DNA of 61,190 nt, the filler included, from Sphacelaria rigidula (Eukaryota), in assembly GCA_964200075.2 (NCBI GenBank). It is 9 parts of 9 records of this genome, joined end to end, with 100 filler letters (N's around TTAATTAATTAA, not from the genome) between each part and the next. Parts side by side here need not be neighbours in the genome. Positions count along the whole stretch, not along the records: positions 20,433 to 27,142 come from CAXNAA020018474.1; positions 27,243 to 33,952 come from CAXNAA020018475.1; positions 34,053 to 40,762 come from CAXNAA020018476.1; 6 more parts are not named here. One strand, written 5' to 3'. The notes beneath the pieces were generated by a model. That model was not told where the DNA came from. It saw only the letters and a list, made by a program, of their open reading frames with translations, and made no database searches. How positions within the stretch are numbered: the stretch's first letter is position 1; the number at the start of each line of letters is the position of its first letter. A program made the translations under genes and the position numbers. Positions 25,553 through 39,638 of the stretch are shown one piece after another.

Positions 25553-26895
25553 GCTGAACCCTGGTACATGCTGCTTCTGTCACCCTTGTTGTTGCTGCTG
25601 CTACTGTGGCTGCTGTTGGTGTCATTGTCGCGGTCGCCATCACTTTTTTTGGTCTTAGTGGTGGTGATGGTGATAATGGTGACCATGATCATTAACCTTC
25701 ATCCCCCAAACTCTGCCCGTTTTTTTTTTAATTTGTCACCCGTTGGATCTTATGGCGCATATTTCAAACGATGGTCAACTTATCGCCAGTGTGTACTGGG
25801 GGGAAGCAAGCCACAACCTGCGCCCCCTCCCACTCGTCCTTAGTTCATATGGGTTATCCCCTTGGTTCGTTTTTGCCATTCATCCAGAGGCCTGAAGTTG
25901 TCTGACACGGGAGCATCCCGCAACGACACTTGTCAATTATTTATGTCGTCGCTACTTGTCTGCAGGTTTACCGTGTACTGAGTGATTCCGCGATAACCCG
26001 CCTCCCAAAGGACCAAAACTTATTGCAAAGAAGTGGTCACGTATAGTGCATCTAGATGATAGCTAGTTTCAGAAACCAAGTCTTAGAATTCATCATGACG
26101 AGTGCAGATATCAATAGCTGATTTTTAGTAAGCAGGTCTTGCAAGTTGTTTTGAAGAGTTCAGATACAGCTGGTTTTAGAAACCAGTTCTTGAAAAAAAC
26201 TCACAAAGAATGCAAAACATAGATATTTTTCAGAAAACAGGTGTAAACATCTCGAATGTAGAGTTTGCCTCGGTTCCCACTACGCTACGCTGGCGGAGGC
26301 TACCGCGGCATCACTATTCTACAAAATAGTGTCAAAGGTGGAATCCATGTGTCAAATGCCCTGCGTCCCTGGGGTACGCTATGTCTGCGACCTGCAGATT
26401 GGGGCGGACTATGACTTCCTCGGTCGTGACTGATATGTCGTGTGGCACTACTGGTCACCGCAATTGAGCAGTCCGATACATATCATAAGTCGCACTAGTG
26501 GTCACCGCACCTGAATAATCCACACACATGTATGTTCACCTCAGGGTTATGGGAGAATTGACGTCGCCATGGAAACGTGGTCGATGCCCCCCACCCACCC
26601 CCCAAACAGGAAGACATCTGAAAGGCTTATGCTACTATGTGTGGAAGAAACATAGTGAGCACCCAAATGTTGGGGGTGCCTCTACCAGGAGTAGGAACGG
26701 TGCTCCGTCTCGAGAGGGATGTGTGGTCAGCGGTCAAAATGACTAGGGCAAACAACAAATGAGTATGCCCCCCTCCCCCCGCCACGGGCACGCATCATTT
26801 TGCCGCCACCGCTCCACAAATGAGTATGCCCCCCTCCCCCCGCCACGGGTACGCATCATTGTGCCGCCACCGCTCCGGGCCACTGACGAACGCAG

Positions 26896-27014
26896 GTGGC
26901 ATTTCGAAGAGCCCTACTACGATCCGGACGCTGTGGAACTGCAGCTCAAGAACGCGGATTGGGGCAAGGAACACGGGAGCGCGGACGATCCTTCCGCATC
27001 GAGCACCTCAGCAG
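26896..27014 (+). CDS. Next exon of the same gene (WHFEEPYYDPDAVELQLKNADWGKEHGSADDPSASSTSA)
   Basis: ctgac branch-like motif, cgcag acceptor, phase-2 entry, GC3-rich codons, gtgcga donor. Confidence 0.7.
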
Positions 27015-27353
27015 GTGCGAATAACCGCTAATTTTTTTTTACTATAATAATCGTTTACGTAAACTCAGCATGAAACCGTGGGAAACAGCAACCCCCCCCC
27101 CCCCTGTCATCTCTGTTTACCCTATCCAATCACGCACCACCANNNNNNNNNNNNNNNNNNNNNNNNNNNNNNNNNNNNNNNNNNNNTTAATTAATTAANN
27201 NNNNNNNNNNNNNNNNNNNNNNNNNNNNNNNNNNNNNNNNNNGGCGCTGTATGGTCATTTTTTTCGTGACAATTTAGGCTGGTTTTGGGGGTGGGCTATC
27301 GTAGAAAGTGTCTTGAGTCGTCGTGTGGTGGCAGCAGCGCATGGACAACCACC

Positions 27354-27620
27354 GCGCCCCTTAGTCTAATGGTGCAACTGACACCTTTAGGTCGGGAAAG
27401 TGTGGATTCGATTCCCGGGCGCCTGATAATCAGTTTGGATTTTTTCTCGTCTGATTTCCGTTGTGGGCAACGTGAGGACGCGTGGCGAAAAGAGTTTGTT
27501 TGAGTTTGCTTCACGAGAGTCCACGCAGTGCGAGCGTACGGACGCAATCCACCACACCAAAATCTAAGACAGGTGAAGGGGGACGAAATGGCTTAATCTC
27601 TCGAGACCACGGATCCACCC
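27354..27620 (+). mobile_element. tRNA-derived SINE-like element
   Basis: A box TAGTCTAATGGT (27362) and B-box-like GGATTCGATTCCC (27404); no intact cloverleaf; T-tract plus TCTGATTTCC; tail GAGACCACGG. Confidence 0.65.
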
Positions 27621-27649
27621 GATTAAGTATATATTTTTCATGTCTTGCT

Positions 27650-28020
27650 TGCCATGGTCGTGTGACCATCGATCATGCATCCCTTCCGACACGAATCAGC
27701 GAGGGGGCAGGAGGGGAGAGCGTACTCATTTGTTGCTTGCCTCAGTCGTTCAACCCTTGACCACGCATCCCTTTCGCGAGACGGAGTACCGTTCCTACTC
27801 ATAACAATAGAGACACCTCCAATAAGATATGAGCGTCACTACGCTTCTTCCATACAATACACAAAAACGTTTTACCCATGTTATCCCCTTTCTGATTCGC
27901 CGTCTGTGGCCACCGTCTCTTGATGTAGCGATCGTTTTCTTGCCGCAGTACTGTCTAACGTAGCGAGCGTTTTCATCCCACCTCCATTTACTTCACACAC
28001 ATTTTTCTCTAACACGTCCC
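27650..28020 (-). mobile_element. LINE 3' fragment (ORF2 C-terminus plus tail)
   Basis: Aligns with 60940-61190 and with the reverse complement of 40620-40760. Confidence 0.8.
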
Positions 28021-28420
28021 GTTCCTGCACATTCTGCTATTACATGAGTACTATCGAATGGGGTTGGCACGCGTGCACGACCAGCACGCGAGAAAATCAG
28101 GCAAGGTGTTTGGTCCAACAACTGTTGAAAGTATGACAATGGGTTGTGTGCACTACATAATGTTCGACTGTCAACTTGACAGGAACAATCGGTTCAACAC
28201 GTGAATCCAGCTCTGACAGGAGAGCTCGCAGAGGCTGCATAGTTTTGGTTAAACACTTGCTTATGCAATGAAAGGAAGAAATATGGTTGAGAATTGGCGC
28301 TTCATTGGCCGAATAAGCACAAAAAAACGCTGCGTTCCTTATTCACGCAAAAACCAGCACAAATCTGATAGTTTGAGTGGAAGGGAGAGAGGGGGACCGC
28401 GAGTGAGTATATCAGAACAC

Positions 28421-31100
28421 TGTTCTATCTCAACAAACCTTTTGTACTATGTACCATACGACATCCGCAAATTCTTGGTACTACAGCCTGTTCGAGTCAA
28501 GCTCTTCACTATCGCGACATCAATAGTTCGACCTGCACACTCATCTACCCTACGGTTAAGACTGTTCGCACTGTCTGTTCTACTTTTTACTGACGTTGCT
28601 GTTCATGCTGAACCGTAACTTGTGTGCATTTATGAAAATTATTTATTTCCAACACCACCCCTGAGTTAGTTTTCCATATCTTCATCAAAAACAAACATGC
28701 CTGTACAGGAATATACGCAAACAGATGATTAAACTCTTCTGCGTGACAATAAACTCTCCCGTAGACACATCTCTACACATATGTTTTACCGCGAAGTTAC
28801 TACATTTCGATCTCCATGATATATATTTGCACGATATATCGGTGGAGTGTTCAATCTTGTTACGTTTACCCTGTGAACTACAGCCGCATAAGTCCTTCTC
28901 AGTAACATAAAATCAAATTCATCGATATCTTCATTATACCACGCTTTGAATCATATTTGGAAACTTTTGAATATAGAACGAAAAGTACATCGCCATATTG
29001 GAAGAGTGCTGGAAGACCAAGACAACTAAAAATTGCAGGTGTTGTTGCGTTAGTATCTGCTCCACCTCAATTGTTATTCCCCGAAGGTCTCCACCTGTTG
29101 CAAGAGTCTTTGGTGCACTATTTTCTCGCAATATTTTGTGAGGATATCAGCAAGGTGGTTTCCTGAATCCACATGTTGGATTATTATTTGATATTTTCTC
29201 ATCCCATATTGTCCTTCCCTTGTCCAAGAAATAGAATCCATCCAACCATCCATCCTCAATCACTCTTATCATGATATAAGCCTCCCAGGTTTTTTTTCTT
29301 AAAAAAGTATGTTGGCGTCCCATCGTCTCGAAAATAAAAATAATTTGACATTTAAAAACTTTACAACGAGGTCTTTGCTACCTCTGCAATAGTTGACATT
29401 GATGACAAATTCAGCGCTCCTTGGGAGTCTGAGAAATTAGTGGGTGTTTTCATCGATAACCAGTCAATTTCACGTAGGATATCTAATAGACACATTCCAA
29501 TTTTTCCACATCTAGCTGAGGAGATAAGTTCTGTTTCAGTAGTTGAAGAAGCTGCATTTGCTCTGCAGCCTTGAAGAGCAGTGAACTAATCCGTCAGCTA
29601 AAAAAAACATCGTTCCTGTGGTTGATCTCATTTTACTGCCAACCTAAGTTACCTTGTGAAGAATCATGATATCCTTGTAGATTGCGGTTATTCTTCGAGA
29701 AGCGGGAAGTGACAGGTTGATCCGGTAATCCTTTCAAGTACCGAAATACACGCTTTACTGCAACTAAACGATGAGCACTTGGGTTACTCATGTGGCGAGC
29801 CGAGTAATACTAAAAGCTATGTTGAACCTGGTGCATTGTACTGGAGAAATCAGACTATCTACCATCGCTTGGTTTTGTTTCGTCTGCTGCTCTTGATCCA
29901 AACATGTTTCTTCTGGTTCTTCTGTACGTTGAATTGTTATACCTGATATATGTGCTGTATTGCAGGATTACATTTTGAACGTTTGTAGAAAATGCGGTGC
30001 ATTTATGTTGTGAACGTTTGAGAAACCCCCTCTCAGAATCTCTGATGGCCTCCGCACGTGAAATTAGTGAAGCATGTCCAAACCCTGACGTTGAAAAAAA
30101 TGTTTTGATGGGTACAGATACCCCGGCATGTATCGATGAAATGTGTGCCCATTTCCGCTTATTGGAGATGATTTCGTGACAGCTGGACATTGGTATGCAT
30201 ATATGCTGTAGTTGAGGTGGGAGTTGTAGTAGTTATATTCGCCAGAATTGACAGGTCCATAATTCTGTGTGTGTCGAGGGTCATCATTACTACGATTACG
30301 GTTGTGAATGTTGTTCCGGTTATTACCGTAGCAATTATTAATATTGTTTCTAGATCTACCACTCGCGTTCCTTGCACTGTGTTTTCGTGGTTATTTGTTT
30401 TGGGTAGACTACATCATTTAACCTGTCTACCGTTACGCTGCTTCCTTGATCTGCAGTCACGCATGAGGTGACCAGGTTCCCCGCAAAAACACATTCTGTG
30501 ATTTGGTGGTCCTAAGAGACGAATCTAGGGGATGATGATGCAAACATAGCACTCTATATGTCCGTAGATATTCATAGAGGCTTATTCACGCCTTGTTCTT
30601 ACAGGCTCACCATGTTTCGCATAGTTGATTCGATCTGCGTCACGCTGAAATGACGATTGCGTTCAGCGTTCTATCTACTCTGTATGTAATCGTCGGTCAA
30701 CCCCTCCAGAATTTTTATTTGTTGAACACTCGCCCGTTACTTTTCCCTCATGTACGTGAGTTCATCTCTGATTTGATAAACTTGTGTGAGGATGTCTGGG
30801 TCTTCACCCTGTGACATGTTTAATTTTTCCAATTGTCTCATGATAATACGTCGTCTTTGCTTGGACAAGTTCTGGTATTTCGCGATCAATCAGTCCCATG
30901 TTTCTTCACCGTCGGGTACAGCGCAGCACTGTTGTTCGAACCTCAGCAGATACCTGTTTGCAGGTCCTGCCGGAGTAATATAAAGTATGATGAACAGTAG
31001 TTTATCCACACGATCGTGAAGAGCTATTTCATCCTCATTGATAATTTTTCCACTACTTACGTCTTCTTCTGAAGGAACGTCCCTTCCTTGAGAAAGTGTT
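28421..31100 (-). mobile_element. Decayed, internally deleted Ty1/Copia retrotransposon
   Basis: gag-like region at about 30700-31050; degenerate knuckle CFCGEPGHLMRDC at about 30455-30495; ARHMSNPSAHRLVAVKRVFRYLKG at about 29730-29800; RNase H end NHLADILTK at about 29130-29160; PPT then TGTTGG at 28654; probable 3' LTR 28421-28654. Confidence 0.85.
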
Positions 31101-31249
31101 ACTACCGGGCTTGATCCAGTCGTGAATCGTCCACGAACATTACCATATATTTCGGTGGGACGGGTCTTACCATTGGGAATCTGATATAAGGATGTAATTC
31201 ATAATCATGTGTATCCACACGGAAAAAAGGAAGCAAGGATTAGTTGTCA

Positions 31250-32200
31250 ATTGTCGGTAAAATGTCGTCAAGCACCCCGGGCAAAATTCGGAGGCTAGCA
31301 CCCCCCCGATTCGTATTTCTAACAGTACTGTAGTGGCGTATGGGAACTCAAAACCCTTCTAAGTGGCGAGGCTCATGACCTGTTGGAAGTATGGATGTGA
31401 CTTGTGTACAAATGATGTCACAAAGTTCTTCCTGACTACGAATCCTATTCCCCCCGCTGCTCTGTTCTTGAGGTGCTGCCCCTTTCACCTTTCCCTCTCC
31501 AACTTACATCCACTTTTCGCCCCCCCTTTCTCCCATGACTCTTGGATTCCCACTGTATCTAGGTCGCGCTTACTGACGCGTTCGGCTTATCTATACAGCA
31601 CTATTTTGGGCTCGTCCGTGGCGAATCCATACAGGTTGCACAACCCTATTCTCATTCTTCTTTAGAATCATTATCCGCTCTCCTCTTTTCTGCTGTTATC
31701 TCTCCGTCGTTTTTACTGCTGTGTTCCCTTGCCTCCCCGTTTCCGGGTTGGTCTTTGTCTGTTGCTTTGGGCCGCTATGTCTCCCCCCCTTTCCCTCTCG
31801 CGCATTTACTTGTTCCTGATTCTTCTCTCCTCGGTTTACCCGCAGACTACGTCCTAGGTTTGCTCTTCCATTGGCATTGGCTATACGCATATTCTCCATC
31901 CTACCCTTCTAATCCATGACATCCTACTTGTCTCTACCCCCTCCCACTCCTTGCTTGCGCTCTGTTTTAGCGCGGAAGGGCTCTCCCGCTATTTCTAAAT
32001 CCCTCTTTTCAAACAGTATAGTCCTACTTCATCGCGTTTCCATTTTAACTCCATTCTCGTCATATCAGGACGGACTCCAACTAACTTTACCAAAAAACTT
32101 TACCCGTCCACTCTTTACTTCTTCACCCGCCCTTCCTTACCGTCTCTCTCTCCATTCTTTCGAGATTACCCCCAGCTTGTTGGTTCAAGTATTGTAGTGG
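31250..32200 (-). mobile_element. Decayed LINE 5' part (APE endonuclease region)
   Basis: IRIGLCNLYGF...DLDTVGIQESW...GGIGFVV motifs with stops at about 31400-31660. Confidence 0.7.
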
Positions 32201-34149
32201 GATGTAGCGAATGTACTGGGATATCCCAATCCTAGTACTTGTTGGGAGTCTGCTGTCTTTCGATTTTTTGTCGGCCCACCGACACAAAATAATGCCTCCA
32301 ACACGGGCTCGTAGCCTGAAGCCAAGTTTACCACCCGTGGCACGAGTACCGCACGTTTGTGCGAGACGATCTGCATGGTGAAGCATCCAGGCGTCCAACG
32401 ATCGTACCTTCTATCTTCTTGCCCCACTGTTGTACTAGTTACTTCCTTCCAGAGAGGTCATTTTCACCTTGTATGGATCAAGAACGGCGTGTAAAACACA
32501 AGATCTTGCTCACACAGTGGGATGTCCCGTACGACAGCACTTCCTCCCACTCCGTACACGCTTCGCCATATATCTTTAGTCCACTAGTGCTCCCGAGTAG
32601 ACCTTCGCTACTGAAAGCTTGGCCAACGACTCCCCCACTTTGTACTAGGCCATAGCACGATGATTCCCCAACACACGACCGGTCCGTAAGCTCTAGGTGA
32701 ATGAATCTCATAGCAAGTGCACAGGCGGTTATAGTTCATCACGCTGTGTATGTAGCGGGACGTGTCGACGTTTTTCTCGTTGCAGCATGAGCAATGACGC
32801 AGCGCACCCAGCATGCCGCAACTGTAGGAGCTGCCCTCCTTTTACTCTCTACACTGATTGAATAAACTTCCTGCATCGTGTCAAACGTGTGTTCTGCGGT
32901 GTGTTGTCTGCATGCAGTGCTCTCCGGATCGCGCCATCCACAAATATCTCCGGGACCAGTACATTCCCTTCGAGGATACCCTGGTAAGTTGTGCGATGAA
33001 ATTTTAGTCAATACAAGGTGGGTGGTGATCTCACGACCCCGGCGAGCCGTTCGATGCGTTAAATTTGCCATTTTCGTGGCTTCACCCAGCCCCTCACCCC
33101 CTCCCCCAAGTCGAAGTCCTGTCGAAGAGGAGCGATGAAACGTCATGGAAGGAAACCATATTCTTGTACTTGTGGCTGTGCCTGCGGCTGGCAGTGTGCA
33201 CGACAGGTGACGGAGACGGATATGGAAGAGTGACATTGCGGTTTTTTTTCCGAGTATGTGCGTTTGCTTCGTTTTGTGTGGAGTCAGTGCGGCTTGCATA
33301 TGCCCTCGTCGTGATATTTTCGAACCTCGACGCGTTATGAGTTCGAGGGCATCCCGTGAAGCACGCGGCTGTCAAACAGCCCCGGTAGCCGGTTACCCGT
33401 GGGTTCGCTGAGGAACCAGCCTGCTGCTCAGTGCTGTGCTTATGAACATATCACCCCCCACGGATCAACATCGACTCGCGTGAAAGGTGTTCGCGTTGAC
33501 GTCGCCGAGTCGCTGGTTGCCGAATTTTGACCTTTTAATATAGAAAGCCGTGGACGCAATGTATCGATGATTCAATGCCGTCGCTGCTGATTACACGACG
33601 TCATGAACCCCATCATTTTTTCGGATCGCCTCCGTTGGAGTAAGGCGTAGCGATCCAGTTAGGATAAACCTTGTTGAGTAGACTGGTGATGTTTAGGGTC
33701 GAAACGCTCCACGATCATCGGTTACCTCACAAGTGTTCGGAGAATAATAGATCTCACGGCGAGCACTAGACCATCACGTTCGGGGATTCAGTGACTCCGT
33801 GCCAAGTGAGGTTTCGATTGGCAAACCACTCGCACCTAGGAGAAGCTGTGTGAGCTGCAAAGCTTGGCATACAACATCACACCAGAAACCCCCCCCCCCC
33901 CCACCGCCCGCTCCCTCACAACAACCCCGCCAGACCCCCCCACGTGCAGACANNNNNNNNNNNNNNNNNNNNNNNNNNNNNNNNNNNNNNNNNNNNTTAA
34001 TTAATTAANNNNNNNNNNNNNNNNNNNNNNNNNNNNNNNNNNNNNNNNNNNNCCCTTCCCCCCCCCCGCCCTGGGGGCCGGGGCCACCGCCACACTCCCC
34101 CACAACCCACCACCTGACGACCCCCCCCCCCCCCCCCCCCTCCCTCCCG

Positions 34150-35176
34150 AAACATTTCAGAGAGAGTGTACCAGAGATGAAGTAAAGGAATACATAGCTA
34201 AACTCAAGAACAAAAAAACAGCAGGGGCAGATGGAATAGTGAATGGATTGCCATGATGGTTATGCTGTATAAATAACTGGATAAATAGGAAAACGAGTAC
34301 ACGCCATAGACGTGGAGAGAAGGAGTAGTAGTAAATATTTCCAAACAGGGAGACAAGGCTGACCCAGGGAGCTATAGAGGGATGACGCTACTGAGCACGA
34401 TGGGGAAAACTTTATGTGAGATCCTGAATGATAGAGTAGAGGACGAAAAAAACAGCGAGGGACAAGCAAGTTTTAGACCAAACCGTAGTTGCGTAGACCA
34501 TGTGTACACACTAAGTAAGATCATTCAAGGTAGGAAAGACGCCAGGCTGACAACGTACTGTTTCTTTCTGGACATGCAAAAGGCTTATGACACAGTATTA
34601 TGGAGAAATTGGCCGTAGAAAACTGGGATCAGAGGAAAGATGTGGAGAATGGTAAAGAATATGACAGAATGTGCAAAAACTGCCATGATGCTAGACGGGG
34701 AAATATCGAAATATTCTGATATTTTACAAGAAGTTGCGAAAGGATGTACGTTATCACCCGTTTTGTTCAAGGTATTTATCAATGGCTTGATAGTAGCAAT
34801 AGAAGCAGCAAAGAAAGGGGTCAAGGCGGGTGAAGATGTGATTTCAGGCTTGATGTTCGCAGATGATTTCATGGGGATTTCAGAAACAGCAGAGGGATTG
34901 CAAAAACAAATAGACAAGGCGCTAGAATACACTAGAAAATGGAGAGTGACAGCGAACGTTGATAAATGCGCGGTACCCGTCTATGGCGAAGATAAGAAAT
35001 ATTCGGTAGAGTTCAAAAGGAAGTAGGAAGAGGAGGAACTGCCGATCGTAGACCAGTATACATACCTTAGCCAAGAGATATCAGAACACTGTTCTTAGGA
35101 CGCACACATGAGTAAAGTAATAGAAAAGGGTAAGGCACAGATGAGAAGGATGGTCGTGATCCTCAGAGACTCGAAC
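34150..35176 (+). mobile_element. LINE reverse transcriptase pseudogene, 5' part
   Basis: KLKNKKTAGADGI, YRGMTLLSTMGK, QASFRPNRSCVDH, FLDMQKAYDTV, GCTLSPVLF, LMFADD; frameshifts and stops. Confidence 0.95.
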
Positions 35177-35408
35177 TATAGCCTTTGCCAGACGATCTGG
35201 ACGAGATGACTATCAACAAGGGACTCCTTCAGTCGTTTCTTCTAACGTGTTATCATCACGAGTGATCTGCTACAGACCACATTAAGAGCCAGACGGCAAG
35301 GGGCCACACAGATAAGGGTCATCAATCCAGGATCCCCTGTCCCCTTCCACTGCTCCTGCCATGCATGCGGTTATACTGAAACCTTCGGCTTGGTTTCATT
35401 TGGCTACA
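35177..35408 (-). repeat. 3' LTR of the Gypsy element
   Basis: Direct repeat of 39639-39887, e.g. GGTCATCAATCCAGGATCCCCTGTCCCC. Confidence 0.92.
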
Positions 35409-38400
35409 GCACCCTCAAATCGAGTTCAAGACAAACGAACGAGCTTGACAACCAACAAAAACTAAGGTAAAATCGCATGCGCCAGATCACAAAGAAATAC
35501 CATACTCCGACGCTACTTTAGTGGTCAGCGCCCGAGTCAACCGTACTTTACGCAGTTCCTTCAAAAGAAATTCAGGCGCAGAAGAATGAATCGTGCGAAG
35601 AGACTCAAACGTCATTCTTCAGCACCGAACCCATCCCAATCGACCAAAACAATGAAATCGCCGTTGTCATCCTCAGCGACGTGCACCGAAGCATTCATCC
35701 AACATTCACATTGAGCATACGAATGCTGAAATACATATTTTAGTTCCGCAGTGATGTGCAGCTGCGAGTCAGCATAGAAACGCAAACGAGCGACATGGGC
35801 CGAGTGCACGGCGCCAGAAACAATGTTCTGCACCGAATACACGTGAGCGTGATCAGCTCCGATCACCCCCCACGGACCTGTCCATGTGGACATCAACCTG
35901 GGCGCCACACCTTGCCTACGAACACGGGCATACAATACGAAATCGCCAACTGCAAACTTGGGCAACACAGCCTGGCCCTGAGCAACCTTGCGTTTGTTTT
36001 CGCGAGACACCGCGACAGCAGCTTTGTATTTTGTTACAAAACCGCACTAGCTCGCCAACCACGCCTCGAAACTTGTCACGCAACGAATCAGCATCCATGA
36101 CATCGACGTTGCACTCGCCGCCAGTGACAGAAGCCAGCGCGGAAAATGCTGTACGCGGCGCACGCCCATATATCACATAGTACAGAGTGTTACGGCAGCG
36201 TTCACGAAAAGAAGTACTCAACGCCCACTGAGCGGCTGGCAAGACATCAACCCATCAGACACCGGCCGTCTCTGTTCCGACAAAATGGACCGCAACGCAC
36301 GAATAACCTCTTTCACCATGCGTTCACAAGCATCATTCGACCAAGGGGTATACGCAGCAGCGAATTGGTGTTGCACCTTGAGCGCGTCGCTCAGCTGCGC
36401 GATCACTCGATTCTCGAAGTGCGTGGCGGTATCAGTAACCCACATCCGCGAGACCCCCAACGCCTTGGACTAATATAGCAAGCGCTCAGCCGTAACCTCG
36501 GCGGTGAAAGCCTCGGTCGGCTCCAAGCAAACGAAGTTGGACAAATCATCCATGATAACCAAAACGTACCGAAAATCATCCTCATCAGACAAACCATTGG
36601 CACCTTCAGGTCCGCCACTTCCGACGTATAGAAAATCAAAGTGAACAACTTCACCTGGCGCAGTACCATGCACAGTATCGCCATACGGACGAGGTACAAT
36701 CGCACCAGCACGAGTGCCTACGCCATGCAAACACTGGAGAACGAACTCGCGAACGTGGGAATCCATGTGAGGCCACACACAAGATTCTATAAAAAAAGCA
36801 GAGTCGGCGCCACATCACGGTGGCCAGCCGACCGTATGTGAGCGCGCATCATCAAGCGAGTTTGTAAAGCCTTATCATCCGACGGAATCTAGAAAACATC
36901 ACGACTGCCAACAAGCACGCGAAACAAACCATCGTCGGCCAACGCAGCTTGACCGAAAGTCGTAGAAAAATATTAAACACCTTCGCCACCTGTTTTGCGC
37001 TGGGCAGCACGAATGACATCTAAGGAGGGCAGCGAATAATCGGCATCACACGGGCTGTACACGGCAACAGAACCAACAGGCGCGGTAGGAACCTTCACCC
37101 AGCGAGACAACAAAGCTCCCCAACAATGGTGCTCTCCAGGCATGTGTTCAATGACATACCGATATTGTTGTTGGGCTCCCAGCAACTCCCGCATGTCTTC
37201 TTGGCTCGGCATCACCCCCGGAGACTGATTCACTTGCGCGTTCACCGCCTGATAGTCGCTGACCAAACGAAATGTGTCCCTCTTCGGCACCGTCATCGCC
37301 GGGCTCGCCCACCCAGCCTAGATGTTCCCAATCAACAAACCAAACGCCACCAAAGCTGTGATGCATGAAGCAAGCCACCCGGTCTTCACCTGATCGTAAC
37401 GTCTGGGCTTGGCCTTCACAGCCTTTGCCTGTGGCTTGAGGTGCACCCTCATGAGCTCTACGCGCGCTGGCGGATCACCACGCAGCGCGCGACGAAATGT
37501 ATTCACGCGACAAGCCAAATTTTCACGCAAACGACATGCGCCATCGGCGCTCAGGCCCTTCTGCTCGGCCTGCTGCACGCTATCCTCAATCGTACGTTCT
37601 CTTGCACATCTCTCCTCCGCTGGGGCCATGAACATTTCGGACCCCCGATCGACTAAGCGCTCCACCGCTTCATCCGCATGAGCTTCCTCCTCCTCATTGG
37701 CGCTCTGGAATGGCCGTATGGATACGGTCACACGCCTTGCAGCAAGATAGCTGGAGATTTCCACGCCAGTTTGCACCAGCACAGCACGCAGGCGTAACTT
37801 ATCCAACGCCAGCGGGTACAAACCAATCCCGAGCTCCTCCATCGCCGCTATCCCAAATAGACCCACGCCGTTGTACCTACCGGGCATGGCAGCGAACGTA
37901 ATGGGCTGCAACTCCACAGCCCCCCACGGCGTACGCACGCTACCAGTAATCGGCATCGTTTTACGTGTAACCGTCACGGGAGCACCCGTCGTGGTCTGTG
38001 CCGTTTACGGTCCGTTTTCGAACGGAATCTGAAGCTGAGCGCCGCCAAACTACGAAGATATTTGTTCTAGCAACCCCACAACGATCGACGTGAGCGCGGA
38101 CTCAGAATCCAGAATAACGCGGGCCATGAACGAACCTACAGAACCAGGCAAGGAAAGTCCGCACGTAAGCATTCAGCCTTGCAATCGACAGGTACCACGC
38201 GTGCCGAAGAACCCTGGTCGGTATCAAGAATCACATGACTCCAGGGCTGCACTTCAGCACTTGGCATCGAGAACTGAGAATCATCGGTCCAACCAGACCA
38301 AGTCGTAGAATATGCAGACGGCGCTGTTACAGCCGTCGCAGCAGTAGGAGATGCACCAGACAGGGATCCTGCCTGGCCGAGGGATTGCCAACTATTCGCT

Positions 38401-39638
38401 CCATCACTCCCCACCGAAGAATTCGCATTTCCCAGGTACACTGTCTACGGGCAATCCATAAGATCCAGAGTCACCACCTGATGACGTAGTGGAAGAAACA
38501 GCAGCGGAGGAACCACCATCTGCCGCCGATTGCTTGCTACCGCGGCCGCCGCGCCCGCATCCCTGGTTGGAATAGTCCCGTCCACCGTGACGACCGCCTC
38601 GAGATCCTGATGATTCTCGCGCATTTCCTTGAGCAGCGCCTTGAGCGCGAGGCTTGGGGAAATCCTTCATCAGATGTCCGGTGTCACCGCAGTTGTAACA
38701 CGCGCGAGTGGACGACGCTCGCGAAGGCGGCTGCTGTTGCTGCTTGCGGCGCACACTACCTGCACTTGCCACAGAATCGCGCCGGCCATGTGCCTCAATG
38801 AACTTCCACTAGTCGGTAGAATCAAATATTTTGTTGAGCACCCCCGTCGGGTTCTTTTTCCAGCCGTCAACATACGTTAGTACACTTCTGACATACGCCT
38901 TGAATTCCGGAGGCGAAGTCGCGTCTACCAAAGCTGTGGAAACCGAATCGGCCGGGCCTGGCAAACAGTTCCTATCCTCCGCACGGTGCATGGCTTGCAC
39001 CGTGAGATTTTTTGCGAGAAACTTCTCCGTCGATGAATTGACCATCATCGCACGATCCTTGACGGATATTCCAACGCTTGTGGCATATTAAGAAGCCTAC
39101 GTAGGTCTGCTGCAGCCCGCGCAGTGTCGGCTTGCCGCTGGTTGTGGTATACCCGGCATGCTAAATCACAACATCTAGCAATTCGTCGGGGACCATAGCC
39201 CGACGGTCCTTGTACATGCCTTCGGAGCACCGGTGAAAATGTGTGGAAATAAGTTGTCCGATGCTCATTCTGGCATGCCTTATGACTCCCGATGCATTGG
39301 CCAAGTGCGACCTCTCTAAAGAATCGAGATATTTGGCCCAAAACAATTCAAGGCTTCCTCTGCCCACACTTTGCCACACTTTGGCGGTTCGAAAGGCTCA
39401 CCTAACCCCAGCGGCGCTGCCGCCGCTTGAGCCATGTCGTCTAGGATTCACCACTTCACGAAGAGACTCTTGCCTGACTTGTGCGTCCTCCAGCCCACCG
39501 AGCATCCCCCACTGCTGTGCGCTTCAAGTTGGCTACAAGTTGGTCTCTTGACTGCAGGCCAAGCTGGCTTCCAGCTGCGGCCCCTCTCTCCAGCCAAACT
39601 CCTCCAACAGAGTGCTGAAAAGAATAAGATATAGATAT

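Noticed and set aside
27354..27425. Functional tRNA gene
   Set aside because: A and B boxes are present but the acceptor and anticodon stems do not pair properly, and it continues into a SINE-like body.
32200..33900. Possible gene or transposase remnant
   Set aside because: Only short ORFs with no recognisable motif or consistent splice pattern; left unassigned.
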